Notes: generated by a model not told the origin, from the letters alone. Numbered from the stretch's first letter, positions 37,063 to 51,498 are shown. The stretch is 64,000 nucleotides of DNA from Eledone cirrhosa (GCA_964016885.1 OZ024743.1:46314001-46378000); one strand, 5' to 3'. Translations and numbers: made by a program.

Positions 37063-39374
37063 CATGATGATAATAATGATAATAATAATAATAATAATGA
37101 TAACAATGATGATAATGATGATAATCTTCATTTTGCATCCGTTGTGACTTGCTTGTGGGATTGTAAAAACGATACAAAATTAGTCTGTGATATGGATAAT
37201 AATAATTATATTTAATAGAGAAGAATATTTTTTAGAATAGACTTATTGTAAAAAATAAATTCATAAAATATTTTGTTTACTTTTTTGTATGAATACTTTT
37301 TGTGTGTGAAAGAGAAAAAATATAACTCAAATATGAATTAGGAAATGATAAGTCTTTTATTTTTTATTTTATCTAAAAGTAACTTTTAACTTAAACTGGC
37401 TTTTTACAATGTGCTTCTTTTATCAAACTGAGTTAATTTCATTACTATATTTGATGGCATATAAAACTCACAGGCAAATAAGAACTTACGCATATGCCCC
37501 TTATTTCAGCAGAGAACATCAAGAAAAAATGTAGGGGTGTAGTTAAAGAATTTGCTTCACTATTAATGTGATTTCTTCTACTATAACTTTGGGTTGACCA
37601 ATGCCTTGTTCGGTGAAATTTGATAGATGGAGACTGTGCTTAAGCCCATCATATATAAGCAAGTGTGTATGTATGTGGGTTTGTGTGTTAATGTGTACTG
37701 TTTGTTTTAAATCCCATAACTTAGCAGTTTGACAAAATAGAGATTGGTAAAATAAGCACCAGACTTGAAAAAAAGTACTGGGGTGAAGGTAATTAACAAA
37801 AAATTGAAAGTGATACCTCAGCATGACCACAGTCTAAAGACTGAAGCCAGGAAAAATAGAGTAAATACAGGTAAGCATTTAACGGTATTAAAAATATAGT
37901 CCAACTTCACATACAAAAACCAAGTGATATCTTACAGCCATTTTTTGATAGAGAAAAAAGATGACAATATTTGAGGGCATATAGGACTTATGGACAAGTC
38001 CTATTTGAGGACATATAGGACTTATGGACAAGTCCCATTTCAGCAGAGAATATTTAGAAAAAAAATGTTAGTATAATTAGAGATAAGCATGTTATCATCA
38101 TCATCACCATTTAACATCCATTTTATCTCTGCTAGCGAGGGTTGGATGGGTCGTGACAGGCCATGGCACCAACACTAAGGAGGTTGTCATGTCTTTGACA
38201 CAACTGAAGAGTCCTCTTCATCCTTTGTTTGGCAAGTTTTCTACAGCTGGATGTTCTTCCAATTACCAATCACAATAATGTGATTATTAAAACATGTGAG
38301 GGCGATGGATTGCCATAATCATTAGAGTGTCAGACAAAATGTTTTGCATTATTTAATTACAGCTCTTTACACACAGAGTACTGAGGTAAATTTAATCAAC
38401 TTTTCCCCCCTCCCTCAAAATTGCTGGGCTTGTGCCTAAATTAGAAACCATTATTAAAACATGTAGCTCAACTTTGTATGTAAGACCCGGATTGACCCCA
38501 ATTGAGATCATTGGAACACACCAGACATCCCCACCACCCTTTAAAGGGTTTGCATTTGAATTAAAAACATACATATGTTAATATATCTATCAAAATAATT
38601 TTAAATATAGAAACTTTTATTAAAGTTATGTTACAAATGCCATCTTAATGAAATAATTAACAACTTTAGTAAAATCATCAAAAGTTCTTCATTCATTATT
38701 CCAAATACAGTCACAATGTTAAAACTTGATCTTCTTGTAGAGTATCCTGGACAAGTCAACCTGGCAGTACCCCCCCCCCCCCACACACACACACACAGAT
38801 AAGAATGTGAACTCAACACTACAACACGGTTAATTTAAAGTGTTCCCACAACTTCAAACATTAAGCTGTATTTTGGCATGATACTTATTACAGCTAAACA
38901 GAGTCAACAGTTTTAAATGTTTTGATTATAGACACAGCACAGCACCAGTGATAGTGTACAAGACATTATTGGCCTCTTCCTCCTCTAACAACTCTAGCAA
39001 CTCTGTCAATTCTATCTATCACTATAGATAATCTAATTATTCTTGGTATTAACCCTTTCATACAAAACCATCTAAAACTGCCTCTGGTTCTACCATACTA
39101 AGCTAAAAATCTTCCATCATAATTGTTTCTACTTTTTAGGCACAAGGCCATCAATTACCCAGTGCATTACTGGTACTTTATTTTATCGACCCCGTAAGGA
39201 TGAAAGGCAAAGTCAACCTCGGCAGGATTTGAACTTAGATCATAAAGGGACGTAACTATGCTGGAAAGCATGGCATCCGACCCTCTACCGATACTGCCAA
39301 TCCACCGCCATCATAATACTATCTTCCATCATAATACTATGTATAAACCTTTAAGTTATGCTTCAAACCTCAGC

Positions 39375-40433
39375 TTAACCCTTTAGTGTTCAAACTGGCC
39401 AAAACCAGCCATCAGCACCCACACTAAAATATTGTTCCAGAAATAAACAATACCGTCATCAAAATCTCATCAATTCGAGATTACTGCATGATTAGGCCTT
39501 TACAGCGAAAATTAACGCTTAATATAGTGAAACAACTTGATACAACACGGGTTTTTTTAACGTTGAAAGTACAACAGATTTTTGTGTATATCACCATGGC
39601 TTGTGAAAATAGCGATACCGACTTTGAAGGTTTTACACACGATGACATTCAAAATAAAGAAACAAAAGATAATATTAGTGATTTATCCTCAAATGAATCA
39701 GACGTGTATATCTCTGAATTTTCATCCGACGATGATTGTTGTTTTGAAAGTGAAAGCGAAGGAGATCTCCAGGACGCCATTGAAAATATTACAGCAACGT
39801 GGTTGAAAAATACCACACCAATATATGTTCCCGATTTTATTCAAAATACTGGTCCACAACACACATTAGCTCCCAATGCTAAAGCACTGGATTATTTTGT
39901 TTTGTTTTTGCCACAAACTTTCTTCAAAGTTGTGGCAGAAGAGATTAATCGATATACCCAACAACAGATTTCAAATTGAGGAAAACCCGATATGTTTGGC
40001 GACCGACAGATGCTGCGGAAATGCAAGCATTTTTTACCATAAATATCATGTTCAGTATAAAACAATTTCCAACACTGGAATTACTAGCACACTGATATAA
40101 GGTTTAGTGACCCCTATATATCAAGTATTATGCCGAAAACAAGGTATTTAAAATTAAACCAGTATTTGCACCTGGTTGATACTTCAAATGCCCCTGTTAA
40201 TTAATTTCACCTGCCCATGAAAGTCAAATTTAACAAAAAAAAAAAATCAGGTAAAAATATATAATTGTAAATTATTAATATTTAAACATCTACTGACAAA
40301 ATTTCAAGTGTGCACATAGAAAATTAAGAAAATTACAAACAAATAAAATTGATAACCCTCTTGAGTTAACTGAAAATAATGTGAATAGATAAACATGACA
40401 TTTGACAAATTAATGTGAATGCTAAAGGGTTAA
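39375..40433 (+). mobile_element. Internally deleted piggyBac (PGBD4-like) transposon with intact TIRs and TTAA target
   Basis: TTAA-CCCTTTAG...CTAAAGGG-TTAA ends. ORF 39488..39979 has an acidic N-terminus, GP..ALDYFVLFL..EEINRY, then frameshifted ISSIMPKTRYLKLNQYLHLVD. The catalytic core is deleted. Confidence 0.8.
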
Positions 40434-41429
40434 TAAGAGTTTCTGGTATGGGCACAAGGCCAAAAATTTGTAGGGAGGGGAAAGTTGAAGAATTCAACCC
40501 CAGTATATTACTGGTACTTTATTTTATCGACCCTGTAAGGATGAAAGGCAAAGCTAACCTCAGCAGTATTTGAACTCAGAATGGCAAAACTCAGCTTAAT
40601 AATGATAAAGTTAGTTATATTGCTAAATCCTTCCAAATTCTTGATAAATTTCAAAATTAATTGTAAATTATAACTAGTGACTTTCAAAGAAAACATTTTT
40701 TTTAATTTAGAACCAGGAGCAGTTTCAGATGTATTGATATCAAAAGGATTAAAAGTCCAATAAGCTTATTCACTAATAACATGATGTGTTATAAACCCCC
40801 CACTCCCCATTAGTATATCAACATTTCCTCCTAATGGGAAAATATTTGATACACATGCAACAGAATTATCCATTTTTTAACTTTGAGCAGATTAAAATTT
40901 CTTTACATGTCAACCATTTTTATTGCTTTTGTTTAATATCAGATGTGATGACATATTCACGTTGACAAAACATCATCATCATTGTCCGTTTTTATGACAT
41001 ATTAAAATAAAGAAAATATGTTTACAGAAATATAGTATTCATCATCATCATCACCATTTTACATCCATTTTCCACACTAGCATGGGTTAGACGAGTTGTC
41101 CTGTTGTGGGCAATGCCAGGTCAGATGACCATGTCTTGCTCATACAGAACTGATATATATATATATATATATATGCAATTAAGACCATTGATTGCCCTAA
41201 CTCATAATTAAAAACACCAAGAAAATGAAAGTCAGCTTCAAACCTAAGCCAGACATAAACCATACACACATACTCAATCCCAGTTGTTTTTCCTACAACT
41301 TTTTCCTGTTCCGCACCAATCACTAGAAGACATGTTATCAAGCTGCTGTCATCATATTATGTAGTTACTGTATAATAAAAATCATTATTATCTGCAGTGA
41401 CTACAACCCTGTTACATAATTGGCAGTGC

Positions 41430-42395
41430 TTCACACTTTCCATGTGCCTTCTATACTTAGTTTCTTTCATCAACAGTCACCTGAGATTTTCCTTCCTAAC
41501 AATATTCAGATCACCTGTCCCAGTAGTAAAACTTAGAATTTTCACCCTCACACAACCTCCTTCACGTTCCCCCAAAATCCTTGGCATATCTGCCAAGTAC
41601 CTACTATAGTTAAATAATCTACTCCCTATCATCAGATGATACGAATAACTGACACAAATTCTCCTGTCTCTTACCTCCTCAGGAAAATATCTATGCACCT
41701 TCTTATTGCCAAAAAGTAAAATTAAATACAACTTATCCAGTGATTTTACTAACAAATAGAATCCTAATGTATTCCACATAAACCTTTGTAGCCTTATCCT
41801 TACCATCTCAAATTAATTAGTTTCAGAAACTATCTAAAAATAACTAACCTCAGACACCTTTTCCTCACGAAGTCCCATCAGATCCTTCAGCTGATAACTA
41901 GAACAAGCTCTTAATAACATCAATAAAATTCCCTTGACCTGTATAATTTGGCAAGTTTCTTCCACTTATTCTCTGCATTGCGTTTCCCTCTCCTATCCTT
42001 TCTTAAACTTCTACTACCATGACTGTGCCTTCTTATCACTGGCTGAAAAAAGTAAAGGCCCTTATCCCTTACCTCTTTTCTAGATACTATACCATTGCTA
42101 ATGACCCTATAATTCAACCCTAGCGTGTATATACTGCACATTACCCTTATCCAGTAATTCTCCCTATCCAGTAACTCTCGTTTAACCAAAGAGCCTTCCA
42201 CCTAAACCTGGTCAATGATCTGGATCCTACATCTTGCAACCCTCTTTATGCTGCTGAAAACCTTCGTAAATAAAGATTTATATGAATAAAAAGACTTGTC
42301 TATGTCCATTGAGTCACTGATGCAACAACTGAGTTGTCTGTCCTATATACTGTAAATTGTACCAACTACAATAACATATACTACATTTCGACATA
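41430..42395 (-). mobile_element. Decayed Penelope-like element ORF with N-terminal GIY-YIG endonuclease (Naiad/Chlamys-type domain order)
   Basis: Minus strand, in order: NVVYVI / CSWYNLQYIGQTTQLLHQ*LNGHR, IQIIDQ, RENYWIRVMCSIYTLGLN, RRHSHGSR, VSYSY..IGSRLFNY, TGDLNIVRKENLR*LLMKETKYR. Confidence 0.7.
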
Positions 42396-43309
42396 TGCAA
42401 TCAAATATATTTCCTTATGTTCCCTATGGAACATTAGACAATGAAAGATCTGTATCCTGCATGATCACAAGCCCTGTTATAAGCCTGCTCTCAAACCAGG
42501 CCCATGTCTGCCAGGTCTTTCTGCACAGACTTCAACTACGTCATGACAAGTCTCACTTGCCTCCTATCCACTCTTTCTGGCTCCCATTTGACGGAGGCCT
42601 TCACTGGGCTTTTTGTGGTCATGCACAGTACATGGCCAAGCATGTTCAACCATCATATGGTGATGGTAACCCATACGTTACTCAGCTGGACCCTTTCCAT
42701 AGTTCCTCATTTGTGATGGTGTCATGCCAAGAAATCCTAAATATGGTCTTAAAGTAACATATATAGAAGACATCTGCAGTTCAGTAGATTCTGTGAGTCA
42801 TTTTCTAACACATACACACATAAGGAGAAATAAACATAAAAAAGTTGATGATGAAGATAAATATATAATATATATATATATTGATTTGAGGCAATTTTTA
42901 AAAGCATTCTGATAATATTAAATTTAGAAGTGATTTGCAAGCTGAACAATGTGTATGATAAAACAGTTTTATTCAAAATTTTCAGTCTTAAAGGACACTT
43001 TTCATGGTAACTTCCAATGGTAAATTTCAGTAAATCAGCACAATTTCAATAAATCAACAGGTACAATTCTTAAGCCAAAGAATGATTAAAAGCCTGCCTT
43101 CGGCCTATAGCCGAAGTGCAAGACTAATTCTCCAGCATAGGAATGTTATGCATGATTCATTAAAATAGTACTGATTTACTGAAATTTGCTGTTGGAAGTT
43201 ACATTTCTAAAAAAAGGGTCTTTTAAGACTGAAAATTTTGAAGAAAAAAACATGTTTTATATGTTTTCATCAAAAGCATTGTTTGGATTTTAAATCACAT
43301 GTAAATTTA

Positions 43310-43400
<91 letters not shown>

Positions 43401-43907
43401 ATATATGTGAGTGTATATGCACACATATATATGTATAGATGCACCAATGAAACCCTAACAGCTTTTTTTTTTCAATGTTTGGTATGATTATTTACATAAT
43501 GCATATATGCATATATCTTTAAATAAGGCCCCTAAACTTTCCATAAACCACATTGATTTATGAAGGCTGCAAATAACTATTATAATAGGAAACACAGTTC
43601 AAAACTCAGAGTAAAATTATTCAATAAAAACAACCTCAAACTACCATAAAATGGTAACAATTATCAAATAAAACATTCTTGTCAACAAACAGATATATAT
43701 ATGTATGCATGTATGTATGTATGTATATATATATATACAAATATATTACACAGAGAGAAGTGTTACACAGTGAGATAACTGCGGAATACTCTAATTCCGA
43801 TCCTTGTATATATATATATATATAGTCATGGTAAATATTGTAAAAGAATTGTGGAGTTGATATGGAGTTCCATGGAGATCAAAATCCTGTCTGATAATGT
43901 CTTTGGT

Positions 43908-43966
43908 TTATTTTTCATGAATCGGAGCAATCATTAATATTTTCTGGACAACTTTGGTAACTTCAT
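43908..43966 (-). CDS. SLC7A9: SLC7A9-like transporter, terminal coding exon ((N)EVTKVVQKILMIAPIHEK*)
   Basis: Poly-T/CAG acceptor; phase 1 matches the previous exon; T...Q.L..P C-terminal pattern of LAT light chains; TAA at 43908-43910. Confidence 0.8.
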
Positions 43967-44410
43967 CTGAAAAAAAAATATCAATTGATACAAAAATGTT
44001 TATATATATATTGCCCACCTACACCTCTCTAAGACAATGATATTGGATCAAGACCTTCGGCACCATGCAGTTGTACAGAAGACCCGACTACCATTGCATA
44101 CAAACCTACAGTCAGTAAGTACCTCTTAACTCAATGTACACCCCACCCTCCCTCTCCCATTCCATCCACTGTTTCGATGACACAACAGTCCACACTGTAA
44201 GGTGGCTGTGTAGGAGACACGGTGAAAAGGCTCCCAGTCCACACTGTAAATGTGGTTGGTGTTAGGAAGGGCATCCAGCTGTAAAAAAAAACCTGCCAGA
44301 AACGCTTCCATGCAAGCGAGACATAGTCTCCCGACCATTCCAGCATCAAATGGAACAAAACCGTCTAACCCTTGCTAGCGTGGAAGATGGACGTTAAACG
44401 ATGATGATGA

Positions 44411-44449
<39 letters not shown>

Positions 44450-45728
44450 AAATGAAAAATAAAAGGAGCCCTTTACTCCTGATGTAGTCATATGGACGGC
44501 AGCATGTCTTCGGTATTTTAAACCTTGCACAGCCCATTGCTCTCCAGATCAGAACAGACATGATTTCTTCCAGAGAGAAAGAGTAGAGGAAAAATCAACC
44601 CCAGTATTAGACTGCTACTTTATTTATCAATCTCAATAGGATGACAGACAAAGTTGACCTTGGTAAGATTTGAACTCAGAGTGCAGTGAGCTGGAACAAA
44701 TACCAGGGCATTTTTTTAAAATCTAATGGCCAAACAAGTCTGCCAATTTTCCATGTATATAACACCAAAAAAAACATTCTTTATTCTTTTGTTTGCTAAA
44801 GTCATTAGACTATGGCCATGTTGGGGCACCACTTTCAAAAGAATTAGTTAATCATATCAAACCAATATCTATTTTTTCAATTTGGAGTAACGTTACTCGA
44901 TAAAGTGCAAAGCCCAGAGATTAGAGAGTTACTCCAGGTAGAGCCACTTCTTCTCTGAATTGAGAGATCACAGCTTCGATACTATGGGCATGTGGTTAGA
45001 ATGTCTCGGGAAAGAAACGCTGGACAGATTTTACGAGCAAAACCAACAGGTAGTAGACCCAGGAATAGACCCCGACCAAGATGGTTGGATAATATCCATG
45101 AGCTTGCCTGGTCATGCTTAAGGATCCAACCAGATCAATTGGAGATGGTTGCTTCTGACAAGACCCGCTGGTGGGAGTGTTTGAGGACTCTGCCCCCATG
45201 ACCCTCTTAGGAATAACTGGACAAAGAAGAAGAATTTGGGCACTCATTTTATCTGTATTTGTCATCAAGGGACATAAAGAAACAGTAAACATAAACATAC
45301 ACACACATCATATTGTAGAAGCATCAAGAAATATGAAAAAAAATTAAATTATTTTACATACGTAACTTTACCTGAGATTAAGCAATGGCAAAAGTCTATT
45401 CCCAAAATTACCTTTCGTATGACTAGTAACAATTAATAAACTCCAGCTCTACTTCAACTAAACCTCATCACATTTACATACTTCAACTCAATGTATGATC
45501 ACTGAAGATTTAGCATCAATAACACAGAATTAGAGAAATGTGTGTTTATGTATTTGTATGTATATAAAGTATCTGTGTGTGAGAGATTGTGTGTATATGT
45601 GAGAAAGTATGTGCATGTGAGCGTATATATGAGAGTGTGTATGTGGGTATGAGAAAGTGTGTATGCAAAAGAGAATGCATGTGTATGTGTGTGTATGAGA
45701 GAGAAAGAAAGAAAATGATGTGACTTAC

Positions 45729-45897
45729 TGATATAAGGAAATTTCAGTTTGTAATGGACAAATGGAAAATAAACTAAAAGACCGCTGATCAAAAACAAGA
45801 AAGCATACAAGAACTCAATTCTTGGGTTTAGAATAATTGGTGTAAGAATCAGGTAGATTGATCCAAAAATAACAAGGACTGGTACAAATAACGGAAC
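45729..45897 (-). CDS. SLC7A9: SLC7A9-like exon (TM11-12: VPLFVPVLVIFGSIYLILTPII...ISGLLVYFPFVHYK)
   Basis: 169 bp, TAG acceptor, GTAAGT donor, phase 0 to 1. Confidence 0.92.
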
Positions 45898-46501
45898 CTA
45901 TAGAAAAAAAAACAAATGAAAAATTAATTTTTAAAAAATTTTATTTTTTCAAATTATCAATATTAACTTTTAACATCCTGTAATGATTTAGCAGAAAATA
46001 TCTAAAAACAAGTGACGTTTTTTTGTTGTTTTTTTCATGACAGGTGACGTTTTTTTGACAAGACTTTTACAGCTTTTGGAAAATCTTTTTTTAATATTTT
46101 CCAAGTGCATATGTTCAAAACTGCACTATTTAAAACAGCATAAGATGTGAGTCCACTGTACTCAAGTTTATATAATAGCTAATATATTTCTTACCAGAAA
46201 CATGTTTTATTCCTTTTGAAGACAAACTGCCTTAAACCACCCTTGGTTCTACAATACAAAACTTTTTATTTTAAAGTATTTATCATCATCATCATCGTTT
46301 AACGTCTATCTTCCACAATAAATATTATATTTATCTAAAAATCTTCCAACACACTTTTATGTAAGAACCTTTATTACGTTCCAAACACGAGTTTGATAAT
46401 GAGAAAATTTGTTATTTTACTAAATCCTTCAAATTCTTGATTATTTTCATAATTAATGAAATATGGTAACAAAAGGGTTTAAAGAATTGTAGAAAACTTA
46501 C

Positions 46502-46651
46502 TCGATATGGTCGCTGAAGATCTTTTTGTGTACGTCGAAGAATTATTACACAGAGACAAGTAAGTCCATGAAATATCCAAGCAGTAAAACTAAAGAACTC
46601 AATCAAATTATTCAATTCAAACACCACAATTAGAAATATACCAACAATTGT
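46502..46651 (-). CDS. SLC7A9: SLC7A9-like exon (TM9-10: TIVGIFLIVV..LIEFFSFTAWIFHG..LRRTQKDLQRPYR)
   Basis: 150 bp, CAG acceptor, GTAAGT donor, phase 0 to 0; LR...P..RP-type motif. Confidence 0.92.
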
Positions 46652-46999
46652 CTGCAAAATATAGAAAGACATCATCATTAAAATATATAGAAACATTTCT
46701 GAATATCATTACATTCTGTAGTGTAAGAACATAAGTGAGATGTGCCTACCTGGCCTATCTGAGTATAAACTGCTTCAGTACAGACTTGGTCTGTGCTGAC
46801 TCATCAAACCCATATTAGCAGGGAAAATAGATGTTAAATGATGAGGACGATGATGATGATACGAAAAGTAACATAAAATTTAGCATCTTGCTCAAAAACA
46901 CAATGCACTGCCCAATCTAAGAATCAAACCCACAACTTTATGATTGTAAGTCTAATACTCTAACCACTATTCCACATGCCTAGAAATGTTGCTATGAGA

Positions 47000-48555
47000 G
47001 ACTGATGAATGCAGAGAATGAGTGGGAGGAAGAGTAACTACCCCTAACCAACCTGATAGAAGGCCCAGCCACTGAAGTTGACAGTTATAGTGTTAAAGAA
47101 GCAATTAAAGAGATGAAAAATGGTAAAGCTGATGGACCATCAGAGATAGTTGCTGAGATGCTAAAAGCATCGGGAGAAGTAAGAGTCAAACTAGTGATCT
47201 GTATAGTCAATCAGGTAATACAGGACAGTGTCATATCCACCCAATGACTGGCACAGCAGTACAATTATAAATGCTACAATGGCAAAGGTAATACCCTAGA
47301 GAGGAGCAACTGTAGAGGAATAAAACTAATTAACCAAGTTATGAAAGTGATGGAAAGTGTTAGAGCGCAACTAATTAGAGAAAAAGTCAAATTAGACGAA
47401 ATGCAGTTTGGTTTCATACCTGGAAAAAGTGCTACAGATGCCCACTTTTCAGAGTTCTTAGTCAAAAATAAGCCACTATACCTAGCTTTCGTTGACCTAG
47501 AAAAAGCATTTGACAGAGTACCCAATCTATTATCTGGCGGTCCTTAAGTAAATTAGGTGTAGAAGAATGGTTGGTGAGAGCAGTGCAAGTCATGTACAGA
47601 GGAGCTGTCAGCAAAGTGAGAGTAGGAAATGAGTTTAGTGAGGAATTCAAGGTACAAGTAGGAGTTCATCAAGGTTCGGTTCTTAGTGCACTACTCTTCA
47701 TTATAGTTCTCCAGGCTATAACAGAGGAGTTTAAAACCGGTTACTCATGGGAACCTCTCTATGCAGATGATCTGGTCCTTATATCCGAATCCATTAAAGA
47801 CATAGAAAATAACTTCCGACTAAGGAAACAAAATTTAGAATCAAAAGGTAGTAGACATAAACTCCATACGATGTACACTATATAAATCTTGGGTACACAA
47901 AATATGTAGTGGGATAACAAGTAAGCTAACAGGAAGGGAAGTCTTTGTTTATAGAGGATGCACAGGGTTAACCGAGGGGAAGATAACCAGTGATGTAAGC
48001 CTATTCCAGTCACAGGAAGGACCCATAGAAGTAGTTGATAGCTTCTGCTAGCTAGGCTATGTAATTATTAATGGAGTGGGGTGATCTGAGAGCATAATAG
48101 CTAAAATAAAGAACGGATGAAAAAAGTTTAGAGCTACTCCCACTGTTGACCACAAAAGGTTTCTCCCTACATACAAAAGGATAACTGTATGCAATATATT
48201 GGATATGCAATATAAGCATGGGAGAGTGGCAGAGCTTGGATGAGTTGAAAGAAAAGCTGGGTTTAAGAGGAATTTGAGATAGTGTGCAGGAGAGCAGATT
48301 GTGTTGGTTTGGACATGTGGTGTGCATGGACAATAATCACTGGGTGCAGAAGTACCAGGAAATGCCAGTGAAAGGAAGTCGCGGTAGAGGTAGACTAAGA
48401 AAGACCTGGATTGAAGTTGTGAGAGCTGACCTCAAATCACTGAAACTCACAGAGGCGATGACAAAGGATCGTGTCATGTGGAGAAATGCTATGCTGAGAA
48501 GAACCTATCCAACCCAGATCAGCGTGGAAAAGTGGATGTAAAAATGACAATAATG
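47000..48555 (+). mobile_element. Decayed RTE-clade LINE (RT to 3' end), intronic, antisense to the gene
   Basis: MQFGFIPGKSATDA, AFVDLEKAFDRVP, VGVHQGSVLS, YADDLVL, RLCWFGHV and RGRGRLRKTW. A second fragment lies at 49630-50300. Confidence 0.85.
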
Positions 48556-50832
48556 ATGATATATAAACATACACTCACACAGCCTAGTGAAAGACGACAG
48601 CTGTATAAAAAAGTGCAGGGCGATAAAAATATACGGTAGCCACGGAGTAGGCAGACCCAGAAAAACCTGAGACAACTTGATAAATTCCGACCTCACACAC
48701 TTACACCTCTCCAAGACAATGTCACTGGACCGAGATCTTTGGCGCTGCACAGTAATACAGAAGACCCGCCTTGCCTAAGTACAAAGCGAAACCTAGTCAG
48801 TAGGCACCTCTAACAAAAATACACCCCCGCCTCACCACCCCCACCACCCCTTTCGATGTAAAGTTATGTTGGTACCACAACATCCAGTCCGAAATAAATG
48901 AGGTCGTGTAGGTGTCACAAAAAAAAAAAACACACAGTCCACGCTGTAATGTGGCCGTGTAGGTAACACGGTAAAAACCTCCCAGTCCACACTGTAAACG
49001 TGGTTGGTGTTAGGAAGGGCATCCAGCCGTAGAAAACCCGCCAGACAGTCCTATACGAGCAAGACAACCAATCTTACCTCAAGTGGGAAAACTCCCGTCC
49101 AAACCCATGCAAGCGTGGAAGATGGACGTTAATGTTGATGATGATGATGATATATATATATCATCATTTTAGGTCCGCTTTTCCCTGCTTGCAAGGGTGG
49201 GACGGGAACTGATTCTGGCTTGATTTTTACAGCTGGATGCCCTTCCTAACACCAACCTCATTTACAGTGAGTGCTAGGTGATTTTTTTCTGTGGCACCTA
49301 CATTCCACTTTACAGTGTGGGCTGGGTGCTTTGTTTTCCGTGGCACCTCCATGACCACTTTTGCAGTGGAATGATAGGGAACCCATTCCTATCATCTCAT
49401 TTCTACAGCTGAGTAAACTGGAGCAATGTGAAATAAAGTGTCTTGCTCAGGGAAACAACACATCACCCGGTCTTAGAATTGAACTCACAACCTTTCGATT
49501 GCAAGGCCAATGCTCTAACCACTAAGCCATATGCCTCCATGGGTATACATATATATATATGTGTATACCCATGCTAGCGTGGAAGATAGACGTTAAACGA
49601 TGATGATGGCGTGCGTGCATGCGTGCGTGCAGTTCTTAGCCTACTGCTATTCATCATAGTCTTCCAAGCCATAACAGAGGAGTTTAAGACTGGCTGTCCA
49701 TGGAAAATTCTCTATGCAGATGATCTGGTCCTTATACCTGAATCCATAAAAGAACTAGAGAATAAGTTCTGACTAGGAAAACAAAATTCGGAATCAAAAG
49801 GTCTGAGAGTAAACTTATAGTGATAGTAAGTAGGAAAGAAGATAGAATCCTGATTCCCTCAAGGAAGTGGCCCTGCTCAATATGTAGAAAAGGAGTAGGC
49901 ATATGTAAATCTTGAGTACACAAGAGATGTAGTGGAATAATAGGTAGACTAACAGGAACAGAAGATTTTGTGTGTAGAAGATGCACAGAGGTAATCAAGG
50001 GGAAGAGCGTCAGTGATATAAACCTTTTCCAATCACAGAAAGGATCCATAGAAAGGTGACTTAATTAGCAGTGGGGGGGGGAGGTGCTCTGGGAGCATAA
50101 TGGCTAGAATAAGGATAGGATGGAAGAAGTTTAGGGAGCTACTCCCACTGTTGACAACAAAAGGTTTCTCCCTACATACAAAAGGATGACTGTATGATGC
50201 CTGTGTGTGAAGTGCAACCCTACATGGTCGTGAAACAGGGGCTGTAACTACAGAGGACATACACAGACTGGTGAGAAATAAAGCACCTTAGGTGTGAACA
50301 CAACTGATTTCTTCCAGCGGAGAGAGAGGAAACGAGAAAGAGATATAGAGGAAGAATCAACACCAGTACTAGACTGGTACTTTTTTTTATCAATATCGAA
50401 AGGATGAAAAGCAAAGTTGACCTCAGTGAGGATTGAATTCAAAGCACAGGGAACTGGAACAATCATTCTATCCAATGTTCTTACAATTCTGCCAATTGGC
50501 CATCTAAGTTTTACTAAAGCAACAGAAAAGTAATAATTAATAGGTTATATAATTAACCATATTCTTCAGTGGGTTTTTCAAGTAGATGCAAGGTTGTAGG
50601 TGTAAGCAAGACTATAGACACAGGCATAGCTGAGTGGCTAACAAGTTCACTTTGCAACCACATGGTTTCAGATACACAGCATGGCACTTTGACCAAATGT
50701 TGTCTACTTTAGCTTCAGTTTAACCAATGCCATCAACGTGTAATTTGGTAGGCAGAAACTGTGTGGAATCTTGCGAAAAGTCATTGAGTAAAAACAACAC
50801 GTGGGAACAATAAGGTACAATGATGATATATA

Positions 50833-51209
50833 TGTAGCAAGAGTTGGCTCCCTTGTTATGACAATCACATCACCGCTCTCTAGACAGGAAGTAGCTGGAG
50901 TTACTTCCCGTTGGGGTGGCAGAACCCTTTTTGTCACTTCCGTCCTGGGACCCTATAAAAGGGATAGGTCAGGGCGATCTCACTCTCTTCTAACTAGCCT
51001 GGCCCTTCGGCCAGGTGCGTTCGCCTGGCAACCCTAACATGGTCTCTTGCGAGCTAACTTCAAAACGGTAACAAATAACTTTACTTCATTCTTTCATCTA
51101 CTCTTGACTTGTCAACCATTCTGTTCTACATAACTTCAACTTGTTAATTAAACTTTATACACACAACTGAGTCTTTTGTTATATTCATACAACCCAGTAC
51201 TTTGTTATA
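50833..51209 (+). mobile_element. Possible solo LTR
   Basis: Begins TGTAGCAA after TATA and ends TTGTTATA (decayed TTGCTACA) before (TA)n. Contains CTATAAAAGG and ATTAAA. Confidence 0.4.
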
Positions 51210-51449
51210 TATATATATTAGTTTAACTTTATCATTACAAATATGTTTTAAATATATACATAAATTTTAGAAAAATATATTTTCAAGATAGCTATGATAA
51301 AAATATAATATATACAAATATAAACGCAAAAGAGAGAGAAAAAAAGAAAAAATGAAGAAAAAACGAGGGGAGAATTCACTACAAAGTGCGGCGATTGGCC
51401 GCACATCACATCATAAGGGTCAACTAAGCACTGTGTGTGTATGTGTTAG

Positions 51450-51498
<49 letters not shown>

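Noticed and set aside
41470-42320. In-frame TGA codons in the Penelope-like ORF as possible selenocysteine
   Set aside because: The TGA in HQ*LNGH aligns to an expected Arg, and both are explicable as CGA>TGA CpG decay. Frameshifts and a TAG are also present.
42749-42976. Alternative last exon for the transporter
   Set aside because: The required phase gives no family similarity; 43908-43966 fits phase, acceptor and motif.
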